Origin: Shigella phage ESh18
Sequence record: ON528728
Length of the DNA stretch: 64,000 bases
Direction: 5' to 3' (one strand)
Of this stretch, positions 21,532 to 33,900 are shown in pieces. A model generated the notes under the pieces. The model ran no database searches, was not told the origin of the DNA, and saw only the letters and a list, made by a program, of their open reading frames with translations. Position numbers and translations under genes: made by a program. Numbering within the stretch: position 1 is the stretch's first letter; each line of letters opens with the position of its first letter.

Positions 21532-23796
21532 TCATAATTTACAGGATGAACAATCTTCAGCTTTTGGAGTTTCTATTTCATAATCATCAGTACCAGAACC
21601 ATCACGGGTATTATGATAATAGAAATTTTTTCCGCCAAAATACCAAAAATACAAAAGGTCATCAATCATTATTGACATTGGAACCTTTCCTTTTGGAAAA
21701 ATCTGCGGGTCATAGTATGTATTCGCCGAAGCTGATTGACAAACCCATTTCAGCATAATAGCTACCTGCGTAAGATAAGGTTTATTACCTTTCTTAGCTA
21801 ATTTCCATGTATAATCATAGAGGTCTATGTTATGCTCAATATTGGGCACGACTTGATTAAAGGAGCCCTCTTTTGATTCTTTAACAGAGACTGGTCCACG
21901 TGGAGGCTCGATACCGTTTGTACTGTTAGAAACTTGGGAAGATGACTCACATGGCATAAGTGCTGATAATGTGCTATTACGGATGCCAAAGAGCTTAAGG
22001 TCTTCCCGCAGCGACGACCAGTCACAAACGTATTTTGGAGCTGCGATTTGGTCAATCTTTTTATTGTACCAGTCGATAGGTAATTCGCCTCGAGACCAAC
22101 GAGTGTCTGAATAATATTCGCAAGGTCCTTTTTCTTTGGCGAGATTAATGGATGCTTTAATGAGTCCATACTGTAATCTCTCAAATAGTTCATGTGTTAA
22201 ATCGTTAGCATCTTCATAAGAAGCAAAGTTACTTGCCAGCCAAGCTGCATAGTTAGTAACACCTACACCAAGGTTTCGACGCTTTTTAGCTTTTTCTGCT
22301 TCAGGAACTGGATATCCTTGGTAATCCAAAAGATTATCAAGAGCACGAACTTGAACTTCTGCCAATTCATTAATTTTATCTTGGTCTTGCCAATCGAAGT
22401 TATCCAACACAAATGCAGAGAGAGTACACAACCCAATTTCAGCATCAGGGCTATTCACATCATTTGTTGGAATAGCAATTTCACAGCACAAGTTACTTTG
22501 ACGAATAGGTGCCTTTTCACGAATAAACGGAGTATAGTTATTCGTATTATCAATGAACTGTACATAAATCCTTGCTGTTCCTGAACGTTCAGTCATGAGC
22601 AATTCAAATAGTTCACGGGCTTTAATACGCTTTTTACGAATATTAGGGTCTTTTTCTGCTGCTTCGTATAATTCACGGAAACGGTCTTGGTCTTTAAAAT
22701 AAGAATAATAAAGCTCGCCACCCATTTCATGCGGACTGAACAAAGTAATGTAATCGTTCTTTCCAAATCGTTCCATCATCAAATCATTCAACTGAACACC
22801 ATAATCCATATGACGGATGCGGTTTTCTTCTACGCCTTTGTTATTTTTCAAAACGAGAAGATTTTCAACTTCCAAATGCCAAATAGGATAATAAGCAGTA
22901 GCAGCGCCGCCACGAATTCCACCCTGTGAACATGATTTAACTGCAGTCTGAAAATGTTTCCAAAAAGGAATAACACCAGTATGGCGTACTTCACCCATGC
23001 CAATCTTAGAACCTTCGGCACGAATCATACCAACATTAATACCAATTCCAGCGCGTTTAGAGATATATTCAACAATTGAAGCGGAAGCCTTATTGATAGA
23101 CTTCAACGAATCTCCTGCCTCAATAACAACACATGAACTGAACTGTCGAGTCGGAGTACGACAACCAGCCATAATAGGAGTTGGCAATGAAATCTGTCGG
23201 GTTGATACTGCTTCATAAAAACGGATAACATGTTTTAATCTATCAACAGGTTCATCTTGATGCAGTGCCATTCCAATAGCCATAAACGCAAACTGTGGAG
23301 TTTCATAAATTTGACCAGTGGTTTTATCTTTAACTAGATATTTTTCTTTTAATTGCATCGCCCCGGAATAAGTAAATTCCATATCCCGCTCGTGCTTAAT
23401 TTTTGATTCTAAAAATGTAATTTCTTCTGCTGAATATTTTGACAATAATTCAGGGTCATATTTACCTTCATTTACACAGTAAGAAATATGGTCAATAAAT
23501 GAACGCGGTTCATACTGCCCGTAAACATGCTTACGAAGAGCAAACATTAAACAGCGTGCAGCTACATATTGATAATCAGGTTCTTCAACCGAAATAGAAT
23601 TCGCAGCAGCCTTAATGACAATAGTCTGAATATCATCAGTTGTCATTCCATCACGGAGATAAGATTTAATGTTTTCATATAATTCATAAGGATCTACTGA
23701 TGTTCCTTCAGCTGCCCAAGATAAAACTTTAATAATTTTTTGCGGGTCAAAGCTCTGAGAAACACCACTACTTTTGATAACATTAATTAATTGCAT
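21532..23796 (-). CDS. nrdA: ribonucleotide reductase large subunit
   Basis: 754 aa, same as T4 NrdA as I recall; C-terminal CSSCKL-type tail; ATP-cone-like N-terminus. Confidence 0.85.
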   Translation of the reverse strand: MQLINVIKSSGVSQSFDPQKIIKVLSWAAEGTSVDPYELYENIKSYLRDGMTTDDIQTIVIKAAANSISVEEPDYQYVAARCLMFALRKHVYGQYEPRSFIDHISYCVNEGKYDPELLSKYSAEEITFLESKIKHERDMEFTYSGAMQLKEKYLVKDKTTGQIYETPQFAFMAIGMALHQDEPVDRLKHVIRFYEAVSTRQISLPTPIMAGCRTPTRQFSSCVVIEAGDSLKSINKASASIVEYISKRAGIGINVGMIRAEGSKIGMGEVRHTGVIPFWKHFQTAVKSCSQGGIRGGAATAYYPIWHLEVENLLVLKNNKGVEENRIRHMDYGVQLNDLMMERFGKNDYITLFSPHEMGGELYYSYFKDQDRFRELYEAAEKDPNIRKKRIKARELFELLMTERSGTARIYVQFIDNTNNYTPFIREKAPIRQSNLCCEIAIPTNDVNSPDAEIGLCTLSAFVLDNFDWQDQDKINELAEVQVRALDNLLDYQGYPVPEAEKAKKRRNLGVGVTNYAAWLASNFASYEDANDLTHELFERLQYGLIKASINLAKEKGPCEYYSDTRWSRGELPIDWYNKKIDQIAAPKYVCDWSSLREDLKLFGIRNSTLSALMPCESSSQVSNSTNGIEPPRGPVSVKESKEGSFNQVVPNIEHNIDLYDYTWKLAKKGNKPYLTQVAIMLKWVCQSASANTYYDPQIFPKGKVPMSIMIDDLLYFWYFGGKNFYYHNTRDGSGTDDYEIETPKAEDCSSCKL

Positions 23797-24113
23797 AAGT
23801 CCTCAACTTGAAAATCGTCTTTAAACAATCGGTTAACTATATGAGCTATTATATCACCATGACACGGCTTTGGTTTACATGTGCATCCTAGCCTCATTCC
23901 ACGTAAAGGCTCTAAATGTGCTTTAGTTATTTCTCCGGATTTAATTCGACGTATAAAATCTTTTTTGAATAATTCAATGGCAGCCTCCCGGCTGCCAGCA
24001 TCTTTACCGACGTAATTTCCCCAAAATGTACCACGGTGAATATTAACATCAAAGTCGGATTTGTATTTATTCACTACCCGGCATAGACGGCCCACGCTGG
24101 AATAATTCGTCAT
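23787..24113 (-). CDS. hypothetical protein (nrdA.x)
   Basis: 108-aa ORF with Cys/His cluster [11 protein letters not shown]. Confidence 0.5.
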
Positions 24114-24342
24114 ATTGTTTTTCCGTTAATACAGTAATATCATAGTAACAATCGGAAGAAGTTTTAACTGTGGAAATTTTATTATCAAAATACTCACGAG
24201 TCATTTTATGAGTATAGTATTTTTTACCATAAATGGTAATAGGCTGTTCTGGTCCTGGAACTTCTAACTCGCTTGGGTTAGGAAGTGTAAAAAGAACAAC
24301 GCCAGAAGTATCTTTAAATCGTAAAATCATATATCCTCGCAA
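24067..24342 (-). CDS. hypothetical protein (nrdA.x)
   Basis: 91-aa ORF. Confidence 0.5.
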
Positions 24343-24350
24343 TAATAAAA

Positions 24351-25211
24351 TTACACCGCCATCTTTCCTTTAATAGGAGGGTGTGATTCATAGTTGTTAA
24401 GAACAAAATTATGCGGCTTTGCGAATTGACTCAACCAAAATACCTGCGACTCTGTGTCCCATTCATCAAATTCATCTGGAAATTTTAATTGCAATTCGCA
24501 TAAATCCATAGGTTCACGACGTAAAATTTCTTTACATTGTTCTACGTGATTCATATAGATATGAGTATTACCGCCAGAAAATATCAAATCTCCCGGAATA
24601 AGATTACACATCTTAGCTACAATATGAACTAACGTAGCATATGATGCAATATTAAATGGAAGACCGAGGAAAACATCTACCGAACGTTGATACCACTGGA
24701 GGTCAAGGTATCCGTTACGAACATTAAATTGATAGAACATATGACAAGGCGGTAATGCCATATATTTAAGTTCAGCTGGATTCCATGCAGAAACAATTTG
24801 ACGCCTATCATTTGGCAGTTTTTTAATACGATCAATAACTTCTATAATTTGGTCTACACCGCCAAAATCACGCCACTGTTTTCCATAAATTGGACCAAGT
24901 TCACCACTATGATATCCTAGGTCTTTAGCCTGGTTTTCATAGTTATCGTCCCAAATAGTTTTACCTTGAATAAGACTACCATGAGTGCGAAGACGTAAAT
25001 CATTAACATTGGTAGAACCGGAAATAAACCATAGAAGCTCAGCAATACATGCATTCCAGGCGAGCTTCTTAGTTGTTACTGCAGGAAAACCTTTAGTTAA
25101 ATCCCAGCGTAATTTAGTACCGAACAAAGCAATTGTTCCTGTGCCTGTTCGGTCATCGGTTTCATAACCATTTTCAAAAATGTCTTTAATTAAATCTTGG
25201 TATTGTTTCAT
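24351..25211 (-). CDS. td: thymidylate synthase (uninterrupted)
   Basis: 286 aa continuous ORF; ThyA motifs (active-site Cys in [11 protein letters not shown]). Confidence 0.9.
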
Positions 25212-25255
25212 TTAGTACCTTATATAAATTATAATACATTTTATGAAGCTAATAA

Positions 25256-25615
25256 TCAATACGGTTTAGCATCAAATTTTCTCTCAATTTCAGGCGTGAA
25301 ATATAATTCTTTACCGCGTTTGGAAAAGCGACCAATAATATGATAATTATTCTCATCAAACGTAATATTACCAATATCCATAGCTTTCAACCAAATATCG
25401 ATATTTCTATCCAGCTTTATGTCAAAATTCCAATACGGAGAACTATTACCGAAAATACTGCAAGCGGATTCAGTGAAACAACTGCTATAAATCTTGTCTT
25501 TAGGAACTACTAATTGATAGACACCTTTAATAAACTGAGGACCCTGCCACTTTGGCTGTTTCGCGTCTTTTTCTAATAGAATAGGGTAATAATTAAAATT
25601 CATATTTTCCGCCAC
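25256..25615 (-). CDS. hypothetical protein inserted between frd and td
   Basis: 119-aa ORF filling the frd-td junction, which overlaps in T4 as I recall; no motif recognised. Confidence 0.55.
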   Translation of the reverse strand: MAENMNFNYYPILLEKDAKQPKWQGPQFIKGVYQLVVPKDKIYSSCFTESACSIFGNSSPYWNFDIKLDRNIDIWLKAMDIGNITFDENNYHIIGRFSKRGKELYFTPEIERKFDAKPY

Positions 25616-25623
25616 GCGTTATT

Positions 25624-26444
<821 letters not shown>

Positions 26445-26453
26445 TATATTTCC

Positions 26454-26696
26454 TCAAACAGACTTTTTCACAATTTTCCAATCAGCTTTAAACTGCTCGA
26501 CGTCAGAATGGTAAATCCAAAATCCTGCGCTTTCTCCGTCTTCATAAAGAGGACATCCATCGCATTCATCTTCCCATCCCATGTCACGTAAAAGATGTTC
26601 AGCTTTTTCAACGAGATCAGAATCTTTACCGATGATATTAAAATACCATTTACCTCTAACTTCTGAATCTTTGATGCTCTGGCGTTGTAATCTCAT
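26454..26696 (-). CDS. hypothetical protein (frd.x)
   Basis: 80-aa ORF. Confidence 0.5.
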   Translation of the reverse strand: MRLQRQSIKDSEVRGKWYFNIIGKDSDLVEKAEHLLRDMGWEDECDGCPLYEDGESAGFWIYHSDVEQFKADWKIVKKSV

Positions 26697-26834
26697 TTTA
26701 TTCTCCTTAGCAAGCTTTAATCAAAAGATATAAACAGACCAACATAACTGCTGCCATAATATAAGGTGCGAACATTTTCTTTTCTCCATTAGTTTTGATA
26801 GGGTAATAGTATCACACTACTACCCTACTGTAAA

Positions 26835-27215
26835 CTACTTTTTGAAAGTTTTTTGCAAAAGTTCAATGATTTCATCTACATTGTTTTCGTCAACAATGCA
26901 GTGAATTTTTGTTACGCCAGAAACCTTGTCTTTGACTTCATCTTCTTCAGAAGTCGGTTCTTTATACTCACGAAAACAATGAAATTCATCTTCGCAAATT
27001 TCTAAAAGTCTATCTTTGAGGTAAAAATGCTTTCCATTTGCGCATTCAATGTGTTTTACTGCTTTATATCCATTAGCGACGGAAACTTCTTTAACTTCAA
27101 ACCATCCGCCATTATCTCGAATAGCTTTAACGATTGATGAATTAGAACGTGGGCTATAATTAATAAATGTATCAATAAGTCTTGGAACAAGTTCATACTT
27201 TTTGCCAATATACAT
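26835..27215 (-). CDS. hypothetical protein (frd.x)
   Basis: 126-aa ORF. Confidence 0.5.
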   Translation of the reverse strand: MYIGKKYELVPRLIDTFINYSPRSNSSIVKAIRDNGGWFEVKEVSVANGYKAVKHIECANGKHFYLKDRLLEICEDEFHCFREYKEPTSEEDEVKDKVSGVTKIHCIVDENNVDEIIELLQKTFKK

Positions 27216-27258
27216 TACGTTTCCTCATTTTGATAGGGGCTTAATAGCCCCTTGATAA

Positions 27259-27549
27259 TTATTGTTCAATCAATCCCATGTAAAATTCTGCGTCTTCAGA
27301 ATCCATACCATCACAATATTCATTAGCCATAAAGCGGGTGAGGTCTTCAAGAGGACCTTCAATAACGATTTGAATACTCCAAAACTTAGAATCTTGTACG
27401 CTTGTGATACTAAGTTCAGGATAACGATTACGAATAATCTCTTCAATATATTCAAAATCAACGATGTCAATATCAACTTTAGCCATATTATTTTCCTCTT
27501 TAATCATCAGCAGTATTGCCGATAGTTGTATAGTACCATGGAAGGACAA
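27259..27549 (-). CDS. hypothetical protein (likely starts at internal MAKVDIDIV...)
   Basis: 96-aa ORF; 5' extension overlaps promoter cassette. Confidence 0.45.
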   Translation of the reverse strand: MSFHGTIQLSAILLMIKEENNMAKVDIDIVDFEYIEEIIRNRYPELSITSVQDSKFWSIQIVIEGPLEDLTRFMANEYCDGMDSEDAEFYMGLIEQ

Positions 27550-27580
27550 GGATGTAAACCGTTTTGTGAAAAAAATTTGA
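27511..27580 (-). promoter_or_regulatory. early-promoter cassette (GTTTACA -35, TGgTACTAT -10), PeSL-like, paired with hairpin at 27591-27609
   Basis: About 70-bp module repeated at 43881-43950, 47025-47085, 47530-47595. Confidence 0.5.
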
Positions 27581-27590
27581 AATAAAAAAG

Positions 27591-27609
27591 GGGACCTCTA
27601 GAGGTCCCC
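27591..27609 (-). terminator. intrinsic terminator GGGGACCTC-ta-GAGGTCCCC plus T-run downstream of gene 32
   Basis: 9-bp perfect stem followed by TTTTTTATTT on minus strand. Confidence 0.7.
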
Positions 27610-27631
27610 AATTAATTAGTAATATAATCTA

Positions 27632-28540
27632 TTAAAGGTCATTCAAAAGGTCATCTAGGTCCGTGTCATCAGCACTAGATGAACTGCCAGAGCTTGAGCT
27701 CATAAAATCATCTTCAGTTTTTGTATTGAAGTCATCAACATTGAATGCATCCAAATCATCAGCAACTTTATCAGCTTTCTTAGCAGCAGTTGCTGCCGCA
27801 CCGCCCATCACAGCAGTTCCCATAATTTGACCGAATTTAGTGCTCAGTTCTTCAAATGATTTGAATTTATCTTTAGAAGTCATTTCAGAAAGGTCAACCA
27901 TTTGTTCGAACAGTTCTTTCTGGAAAGATTCATCATCAATGTTTGGAATCGCAGATTGATTCAGGAATTTAGATTCGTCGTAGTTACTAAATCCAGAAAC
28001 CTGTTTAACTTTCAGTACAAAGTTAGCACCTTCCCACGGACAAGTTACATCAACCGGAGTTTCACCCATTTCAACATCAACCGCAATCATCGCGTTGATT
28101 TTATCCCAGATTTTCTTACCGAAACGATATTTAAATACTTTACCTTCATTTTCTGGAGCAGCTGGGTCTTTTACAACAAGAATATTAGCCCAGTAAGAAG
28201 TTTTACGTTTAACAAGACTGTACTCTTTATTGTCAGTGTTGTACAGATCATTTTTACTAATGTATTGACATACTGGGCAAGAATCGTAATCACCGTGGGT
28301 AGATGAACAGTTTTCAATATACCATTTACCATTTTTCTTGAAACCGTGATTTACAAGAATTGCGAATGGTGCTTGTTCATCATTTTTAGACGGAAGAAAA
28401 CGAATTACTGCTTGACCGTTACCCGCATTGTCGAGTTTCAGTTTCCACTCGCCTTTATCTTCAGAAGAAAAACCACCTTTATTTCCAGCCAGTTTAGCCA
28501 TTTGTGCAGCGAGTTCAGCAGTAGATTTACGTTTAAACAT
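27632..28540 (-). CDS. 32: single-stranded DNA-binding protein gp32
   Basis: 302 aa (T4 gp32 301 aa as I recall); acidic Asp/Ser-rich C-terminal tail; zinc ligands CxxC.. Confidence 0.9.
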   Translation of the reverse strand: MFKRKSTAELAAQMAKLAGNKGGFSSEDKGEWKLKLDNAGNGQAVIRFLPSKNDEQAPFAILVNHGFKKNGKWYIENCSSTHGDYDSCPVCQYISKNDLYNTDNKEYSLVKRKTSYWANILVVKDPAAPENEGKVFKYRFGKKIWDKINAMIAVDVEMGETPVDVTCPWEGANFVLKVKQVSGFSNYDESKFLNQSAIPNIDDESFQKELFEQMVDLSEMTSKDKFKSFEELSTKFGQIMGTAVMGGAAATAAKKADKVADDLDAFNVDDFNTKTEDDFMSSSSGSSSSADDTDLDDLLNDL

Positions 28541-28639
28541 TTTTATTTCCTTTTTAATTTAATTAACAGTTGGTGCTATGACGATGTATGACCTCATAGC
28601 TGGTCAGTGAGATAATTATAATCTATTTATAATAAGCAA

Positions 28640-29293
28640 TTAATACTTACAAGATTTCACAGTTTCAATGAAAACACTTTTAGCTTTCTGTGAATCAATA
28701 TTTAAAATTTTTCTATAAGCCTTTAACTTTATAGAATAATTATTCCAGACTAAATTATCAGTCTGTTCATCGTGTTTATCAATTATATTTAAAAATGAAT
28801 CAAGCAAGATAAACGTCTCAAACGAAATTATGTTCGATTGCAGAAGTTTAAAAATATAACTTGACTGAACTTTTGGATTATACTCAAAAATTTCTTTAAA
28901 AGCAGAAACTTCAACTTTTTTACTAAAATAATAAATGTTGCGAATATCTTCTTCAAACTTAAATTTAATTTGCTTTAAGCGTCCGATATATTCACGATAA
29001 AACACAAGTGCATCAGCGTCAGAGATGTCACCAATCCAAGCATCTTGGTTAGCAACCAAATTACTTATAAAGATTAAAGCAAGTTCCTTTAATTTATATT
29101 TTTCTGATAACTTCTGGAAAAAATACTTATCCCTTCGCTTTTGATAAGCGGCATCAGACACCCGCATGCACCAATTATACTTAATTACATCATACTTTCC
29201 ATTCATATGTTGTTTTATCATTAAGTATAATTTATAAACTGATTTACCATCAATGTATCTTTCACCACCAGCAGGCATGCGGAGTTTAATCAT
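28640..29293 (-). CDS. 59: helicase loader gp59
   Basis: 217 aa, same as T4 gp59 as I recall; conserved 32-59-33-dsbA-rnh order. Confidence 0.8.
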   Translation of the reverse strand: MIKLRMPAGGERYIDGKSVYKLYLMIKQHMNGKYDVIKYNWCMRVSDAAYQKRRDKYFFQKLSEKYKLKELALIFISNLVANQDAWIGDISDADALVFYREYIGRLKQIKFKFEEDIRNIYYFSKKVEVSAFKEIFEYNPKVQSSYIFKLLQSNIISFETFILLDSFLNIIDKHDEQTDNLVWNNYSIKLKAYRKILNIDSQKAKSVFIETVKSCKY

Positions 29294-29637
29294 AGTAGAA
29301 AATCTAATGTATTAGTTTTTTCACAACGAACAACAGAAGGACGTAAAAGATTTTCGTCAATGGCTTCTGACTGAATTTTTTCAATTATACCCGAAGGAAT
29401 AAATTTAGCAAATTGAGTTTCAGGAATAGAATTTTCTTCCAAGAATGCTGTCGTAGCTTCAAGATAACTCATTCCAAACTCTTCTACCATTTTTTCAATA
29501 ATAAATCCATTTTCTTGACGATCAAGAAGCTTTGCTATTTCATCCTTTTCTTTCTTAATTGAAAGTTCTTTTTCTGAAAGACCGGTCTCATCGACCGGAC
29601 GAATATCATTTAGAGAAAACTGTGTCATAAAGTTCAA
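29290..29637 (-). CDS. 33: late transcription co-activator gp33
   Basis: 115-aa ORF (T4 gp33 112 aa as I recall). Confidence 0.7.
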   Translation of the reverse strand: MNFMTQFSLNDIRPVDETGLSEKELSIKKEKDEIAKLLDRQENGFIIEKMVEEFGMSYLEATTAFLEENSIPETQFAKFIPSGIIEKIQSEAIDENLLRPSVVRCEKTNTLDFLL

Positions 29638-29875
29638 CTACCTCTTCAGTTTCAGCTTCAAACACATCACGATTATCTTTATGATACAAAGCTAACAAAC
29701 GATTAAACATCTTACCATCAACGCCAAGTTCATCTTTGGCACGAATTCGAATATCTTTAATCAATTCATTATAACCAGAAATTTTCAGTTTATGATCAGA
29801 TGCTTCTTTAATAAATTTAGCCAAATCTTCGCCATGGATAGCTTCATCAAATTCAACCATTTCTTTTTTAGCCAT
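29606..29875 (-). CDS. dsbA: dsDNA-binding protein DsbA
   Basis: 89 aa, same as T4 DsbA as I recall. Confidence 0.7.
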   Translation of the reverse strand: MAKKEMVEFDEAIHGEDLAKFIKEASDHKLKISGYNELIKDIRIRAKDELGVDGKMFNRLLALYHKDNRDVFEAETEEVVELYDTVFSK

Positions 29876-29883
29876 TATTCACC

Positions 29884-30816
29884 TCAAAATTCATTAATGC
29901 TATTAGTTAATTTAGAAAGACCCGCTTTTACAAAATATGAATAAATTTTGCCACGCGGTGGTAATTTATATGAATTATAGTAATTCACAATGTTTGAAGC
30001 AATATTATCAGGAATATAATCAAAATCAATTAGAACTAAATTTTCTTTATAACGATTATATTCAGATTCTGTGAGAAGCACCTTAGCTTGCTCACGGTCA
30101 TTAGCAATAGCTTCAACGATTGAAGTTTTCATTGAAGGAGTTCGTTCACCTTCAACTTTGGTAAACCAAAAGTCAGATCGTACTTTAACTGAAGCAACGT
30201 TATCCTTTTTGTCGCCTTTAAGGATTTTAGTCATACAGTCAATTTCAGCAGAACCGCTTTTAATTTTAACCCATTTCTTGTGCATCGGTGACCATTGCTT
30301 AACATTTGGGTATTTGTGAAGCTGTGTAAAGTCACCATCCGACGAAATGATTAAAATCTTATGTCCTTCTAAAGAGAACTTTTTAACAAGAACAGCAATA
30401 TGGTCATCTGCTTCATACTTATCAATATCCATAACAATGTATGGCATATAAGCTTTCAATTCATCTATAACTTTATGGCTGGATTCAAAATAACCTTCCC
30501 AGTCCCAAGTAGATTCTTCTCGTGCTTTTCCACGGTTTTTCTTGTAATAATACGCAAAATCACGACGCCAGTATCCAGATTTCGCGTTATCAATACACAG
30601 TACAATTTTAGTGTATCCAAGCGTTTTTGCTTTTTTGACATTAAACTTAATTGAGTTCAATATCAAATGACGAACCATTGATAAATTAATTTTTTCTTTA
30701 TCTGGGAAGTTTACTAAAGCAGTTGAAAGCGCAATTTGACTAAAGTCAATAAAGCAAATTCCTTCTTTGTAATCTTCATCCAACATCATTTCTAAATCCA
30801 TATGAACCTCGTTCAA
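29884..30816 (-). CDS. rnh: RNase H (5'-3' exonuclease, FEN-like); probable start at internal MDLEMMLDE...
   Basis: 310-aa ORF (T4 RNase H 305 aa as I recall). Confidence 0.85.
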   Translation of the reverse strand: MNEVHMDLEMMLDEDYKEGICFIDFSQIALSTALVNFPDKEKINLSMVRHLILNSIKFNVKKAKTLGYTKIVLCIDNAKSGYWRRDFAYYYKKNRGKAREESTWDWEGYFESSHKVIDELKAYMPYIVMDIDKYEADDHIAVLVKKFSLEGHKILIISSDGDFTQLHKYPNVKQWSPMHKKWVKIKSGSAEIDCMTKILKGDKKDNVASVKVRSDFWFTKVEGERTPSMKTSIVEAIANDREQAKVLLTESEYNRYKENLVLIDFDYIPDNIASNIVNYYNSYKLPPRGKIYSYFVKAGLSKLTNSINEF

Positions 30817-30863
30817 TTAGTGAGATTTCTATTATATACCATCCAAATCTTAAAGTAAACAAG

Positions 30864-30871
30864 TATAAATA
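30864..30871 (+). promoter_or_regulatory. late promoter TATAAATA for gene 34
   Basis: Exact TATAAATA about 35 nt upstream of gene 34 start. Confidence 0.6.
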
Positions 30872-30905
30872 CTTATTATTGAAAACACAATAGGAGCCCG
30901 GGAGA

Positions 30906-33900
30906 ATGGCCGAGATTAAAAGAAAGTTCAGAGCAGAAGACGGTCTGGACGCAGGTGGTGATAAAATAATCAACGTAGCTTTAGCTGATCGTACCGTAGG
31001 AACTGACGGTGTTAACGTTGATTACTTAATTCAAGAAAACACAGTTCAACAATATGATCCAACTCGTGGATATTTAAAAGATTTTGTAATCATTTATGAT
31101 AACCGCTTTTGGGCTGCTATAAATGATATTCCAAAACCGGCAGGAGCTTTTAATAGCGGACGCTGGAGAGCATTACGTACCGATGCTAACTGGATTACAG
31201 TCTCATCTGGTTCATATCAATTAAAATCTGGTGAAGCTATTTCGGTTAACACTGCAGCTGGTAATGATATTACATTTACTTTACCATCTACTCCAATTGA
31301 CGGTGATACTATCGTTCTCCAAGATATTGGAGGAAAACCTGGAGTTAACCAAGTTTTAATTGTAGCTCCAGTGCAAAGTATTGTAAACTTCAGAGGCGAG
31401 CAAGTACGTTCAGTACTAATGACTCATCCAAAGTCACAGTTAGTTTTAATTTTTAGTAATCGTCTGTGGCAAATGTATGTAGCTGATTATAGTAGAGAAG
31501 CTGTAGTTGTAACACCAGCGAATACTTATCAAGCACAATCCAACGATTTTATCGTACGTAGATTTACTTCTGCTGCACCGATAAATATTAAACTTCCGAG
31601 ATTTGCTAATCACGGCGATATTATTAATTTCGTCGATTTGGATAAATTAAACCCTCTTTATCATACAATTGTTACGACATATGATGAAACAACATCAGTA
31701 CAAGAAGATGGAACTCATTCCATTGAAGGCCGTACATCGATTGACGGTTTCTTGATGTTTGATGATAATGAGAAATTATGGAGATTGTTTGACGGGGACA
31801 GTAAAGCACGTTTACGTATCATAACGACTAATTCAAATATTCGTCCAAACGAAGAAGTTATGGTATTTGGTGCAAATAACGGAACAACTCAAACGATTGA
31901 GCTTCAGCTTCCAACTAATATTTCTGTTGGTGATACTGTTAAAATTTCCATGAATTACATGAGAAAAGGACAAACAGTTAAAATCAAAGCTGCAGGTGAA
32001 GATAAAATTGCTTCTTCAGTTCAATTGCTGCAATTCCCAAAACGTTCAGAATATCCGCCTGAAGCTGAATGGGTGACTGTTCAAGAATTAGTTTTTAACG
32101 GTGAAACTAATTATGTTCCAGTTTTACAACTTGCTTATATAGAAGATTCTGATGGAAAATACTGGGTTGTACAACAAAACGTTCCAACTGTAGAAAGAGT
32201 TGATTCTTTAAATGATTCTACTAGAGCAAGATTAGGCGTGATTGCTTTAGCTACACAAGCGCAAGCTAATGTCGATTTAGAAAATTCTCCACAAAAAGAA
32301 TTAGCAATTACTCCAGAAACATTAGCTAACCGTACTGCTACAGAAACTCGTAGAGGTATCGCAAGAATAGCAACTACTGCTCAAGTGAATCAGAACACCA
32401 CATTCTCTTTTGCTGATGACCTTATCATCACTCCTAAAAAGCTGAATGAAAGAACTGCTACAGAAACTCGCAGAGGTGTCGCAGAAATTGCTACACAACA
32501 GGAAACTAATACAGGTACTGATGATACTACAATCATCACTCCTAAAAAGCTTCAAGCTCGTCAAGGTTCTGAATCATTATCTGGTATTGTAACTTTTGTA
32601 TCTACTGCAGGAGCTACTCCAGCTTCTAGTCGTGAATTAAATGGTACGAATGTTTATAATAAAAACACTAATAATTTAGTTGTTTCACCTAAAGCTTTGG
32701 ATCAGTATAAAGCTACTCCAACACAGCAAGGTGCAGTAATTTTAGCAGTTGAAAGTGAAGTAATTGCTGGACAAAGTCAGGAAGGATGGGCAAATGCTGT
32801 TGTAACGCCAGAAACGTTACATAAAAAGACATCAACTGATGGAAGAATTGGTTTAATTGAAATTGCTACACAAAGTGAAGTTAATACAGGAACTGATTAT
32901 ACTCGTGCAGTCACTCCTAAAACTTTAAATGACCGTAAAGCAACTGAAAGTTTAAGTGGTATAGCTGAAATTGCTACACAAGTTGAATTCGACGCAGGCG
33001 TCGACGATACTCGTATCTCTACACCATTAAAAATTAAAACTAGATTTAATAGTACTGATCGTACTTCTGTTGTTGCTCTATCTGGATTAGTTGAATCAGG
33101 AACTCTCTGGGACCATTATACCCTTAATATTCTTGAAGCAAATGAGACGCAACGTGGTACACTTCGTGTAGCTACACAAGTTGAAGCTGCTGCAGGAACA
33201 TTAGATAATGTTTTAATAACTCCTAAAAAGCTTTTAGGTACTAAATCTACCGAATCGCAAGAAGGTGTTATTAAAGTTGCAACTCAAGCTGAAACCGTAG
33301 CTGGAACATCAGCAAATACTGCTGTATCTCCAAAAAATTTAAAATGGATTGTGCAGAGTGAACCTACCTGGGCAGCTACTACTGCAATAAGAGGTTTTGT
33401 TAAAACTTCATCTGGTTCAATTACATTCGTTGGTAATGATACAGTCGGTTCTACCCAAGATTTAGAACTGTATGAGAAAAATAGCTATGCGGTATCACCG
33501 TATGAATTAAACCGTGTATTAGCAAATTATTTGCCATTAAAAGCAAAAGCTGCTGATACAAATTTATTGGATGGTCTAGATTCATCTCAGTTCATTCGTA
33601 GGGATATCGCACAGACGGTTAATGGTTCACTAACCTTAACACAACAAACGAATCTGAGTGCCCCTCTTGTATCATCTAGTACTGCTACGTTTGGTGGTTC
33701 AGTTTCGGCAAATAGTACATTAACTATTTCTAATACTGGAACGGTAACTCGTCTGATTTTTGAGAAAGGACCTCAAACTGGAACTAACCCAGCGCAGACG
33801 ATGACTATTAGAGTTTGGGGAAATCAGTTTGGTGGCGGATCAGATACAACACGTTCTACTGTATTTGAAGTTGGTGATGAAACATCTAATCACTTTTATT

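Noticed and set aside
32322-32564. Antisense ORFs inside tail fibre genes (32322-32564, 34440-34637, 38267-38656 and similar)
   Set aside because: Embedded in strongly supported long ORFs on the opposite strand; Ser/Cys-rich translations reflect complement of repeat codons
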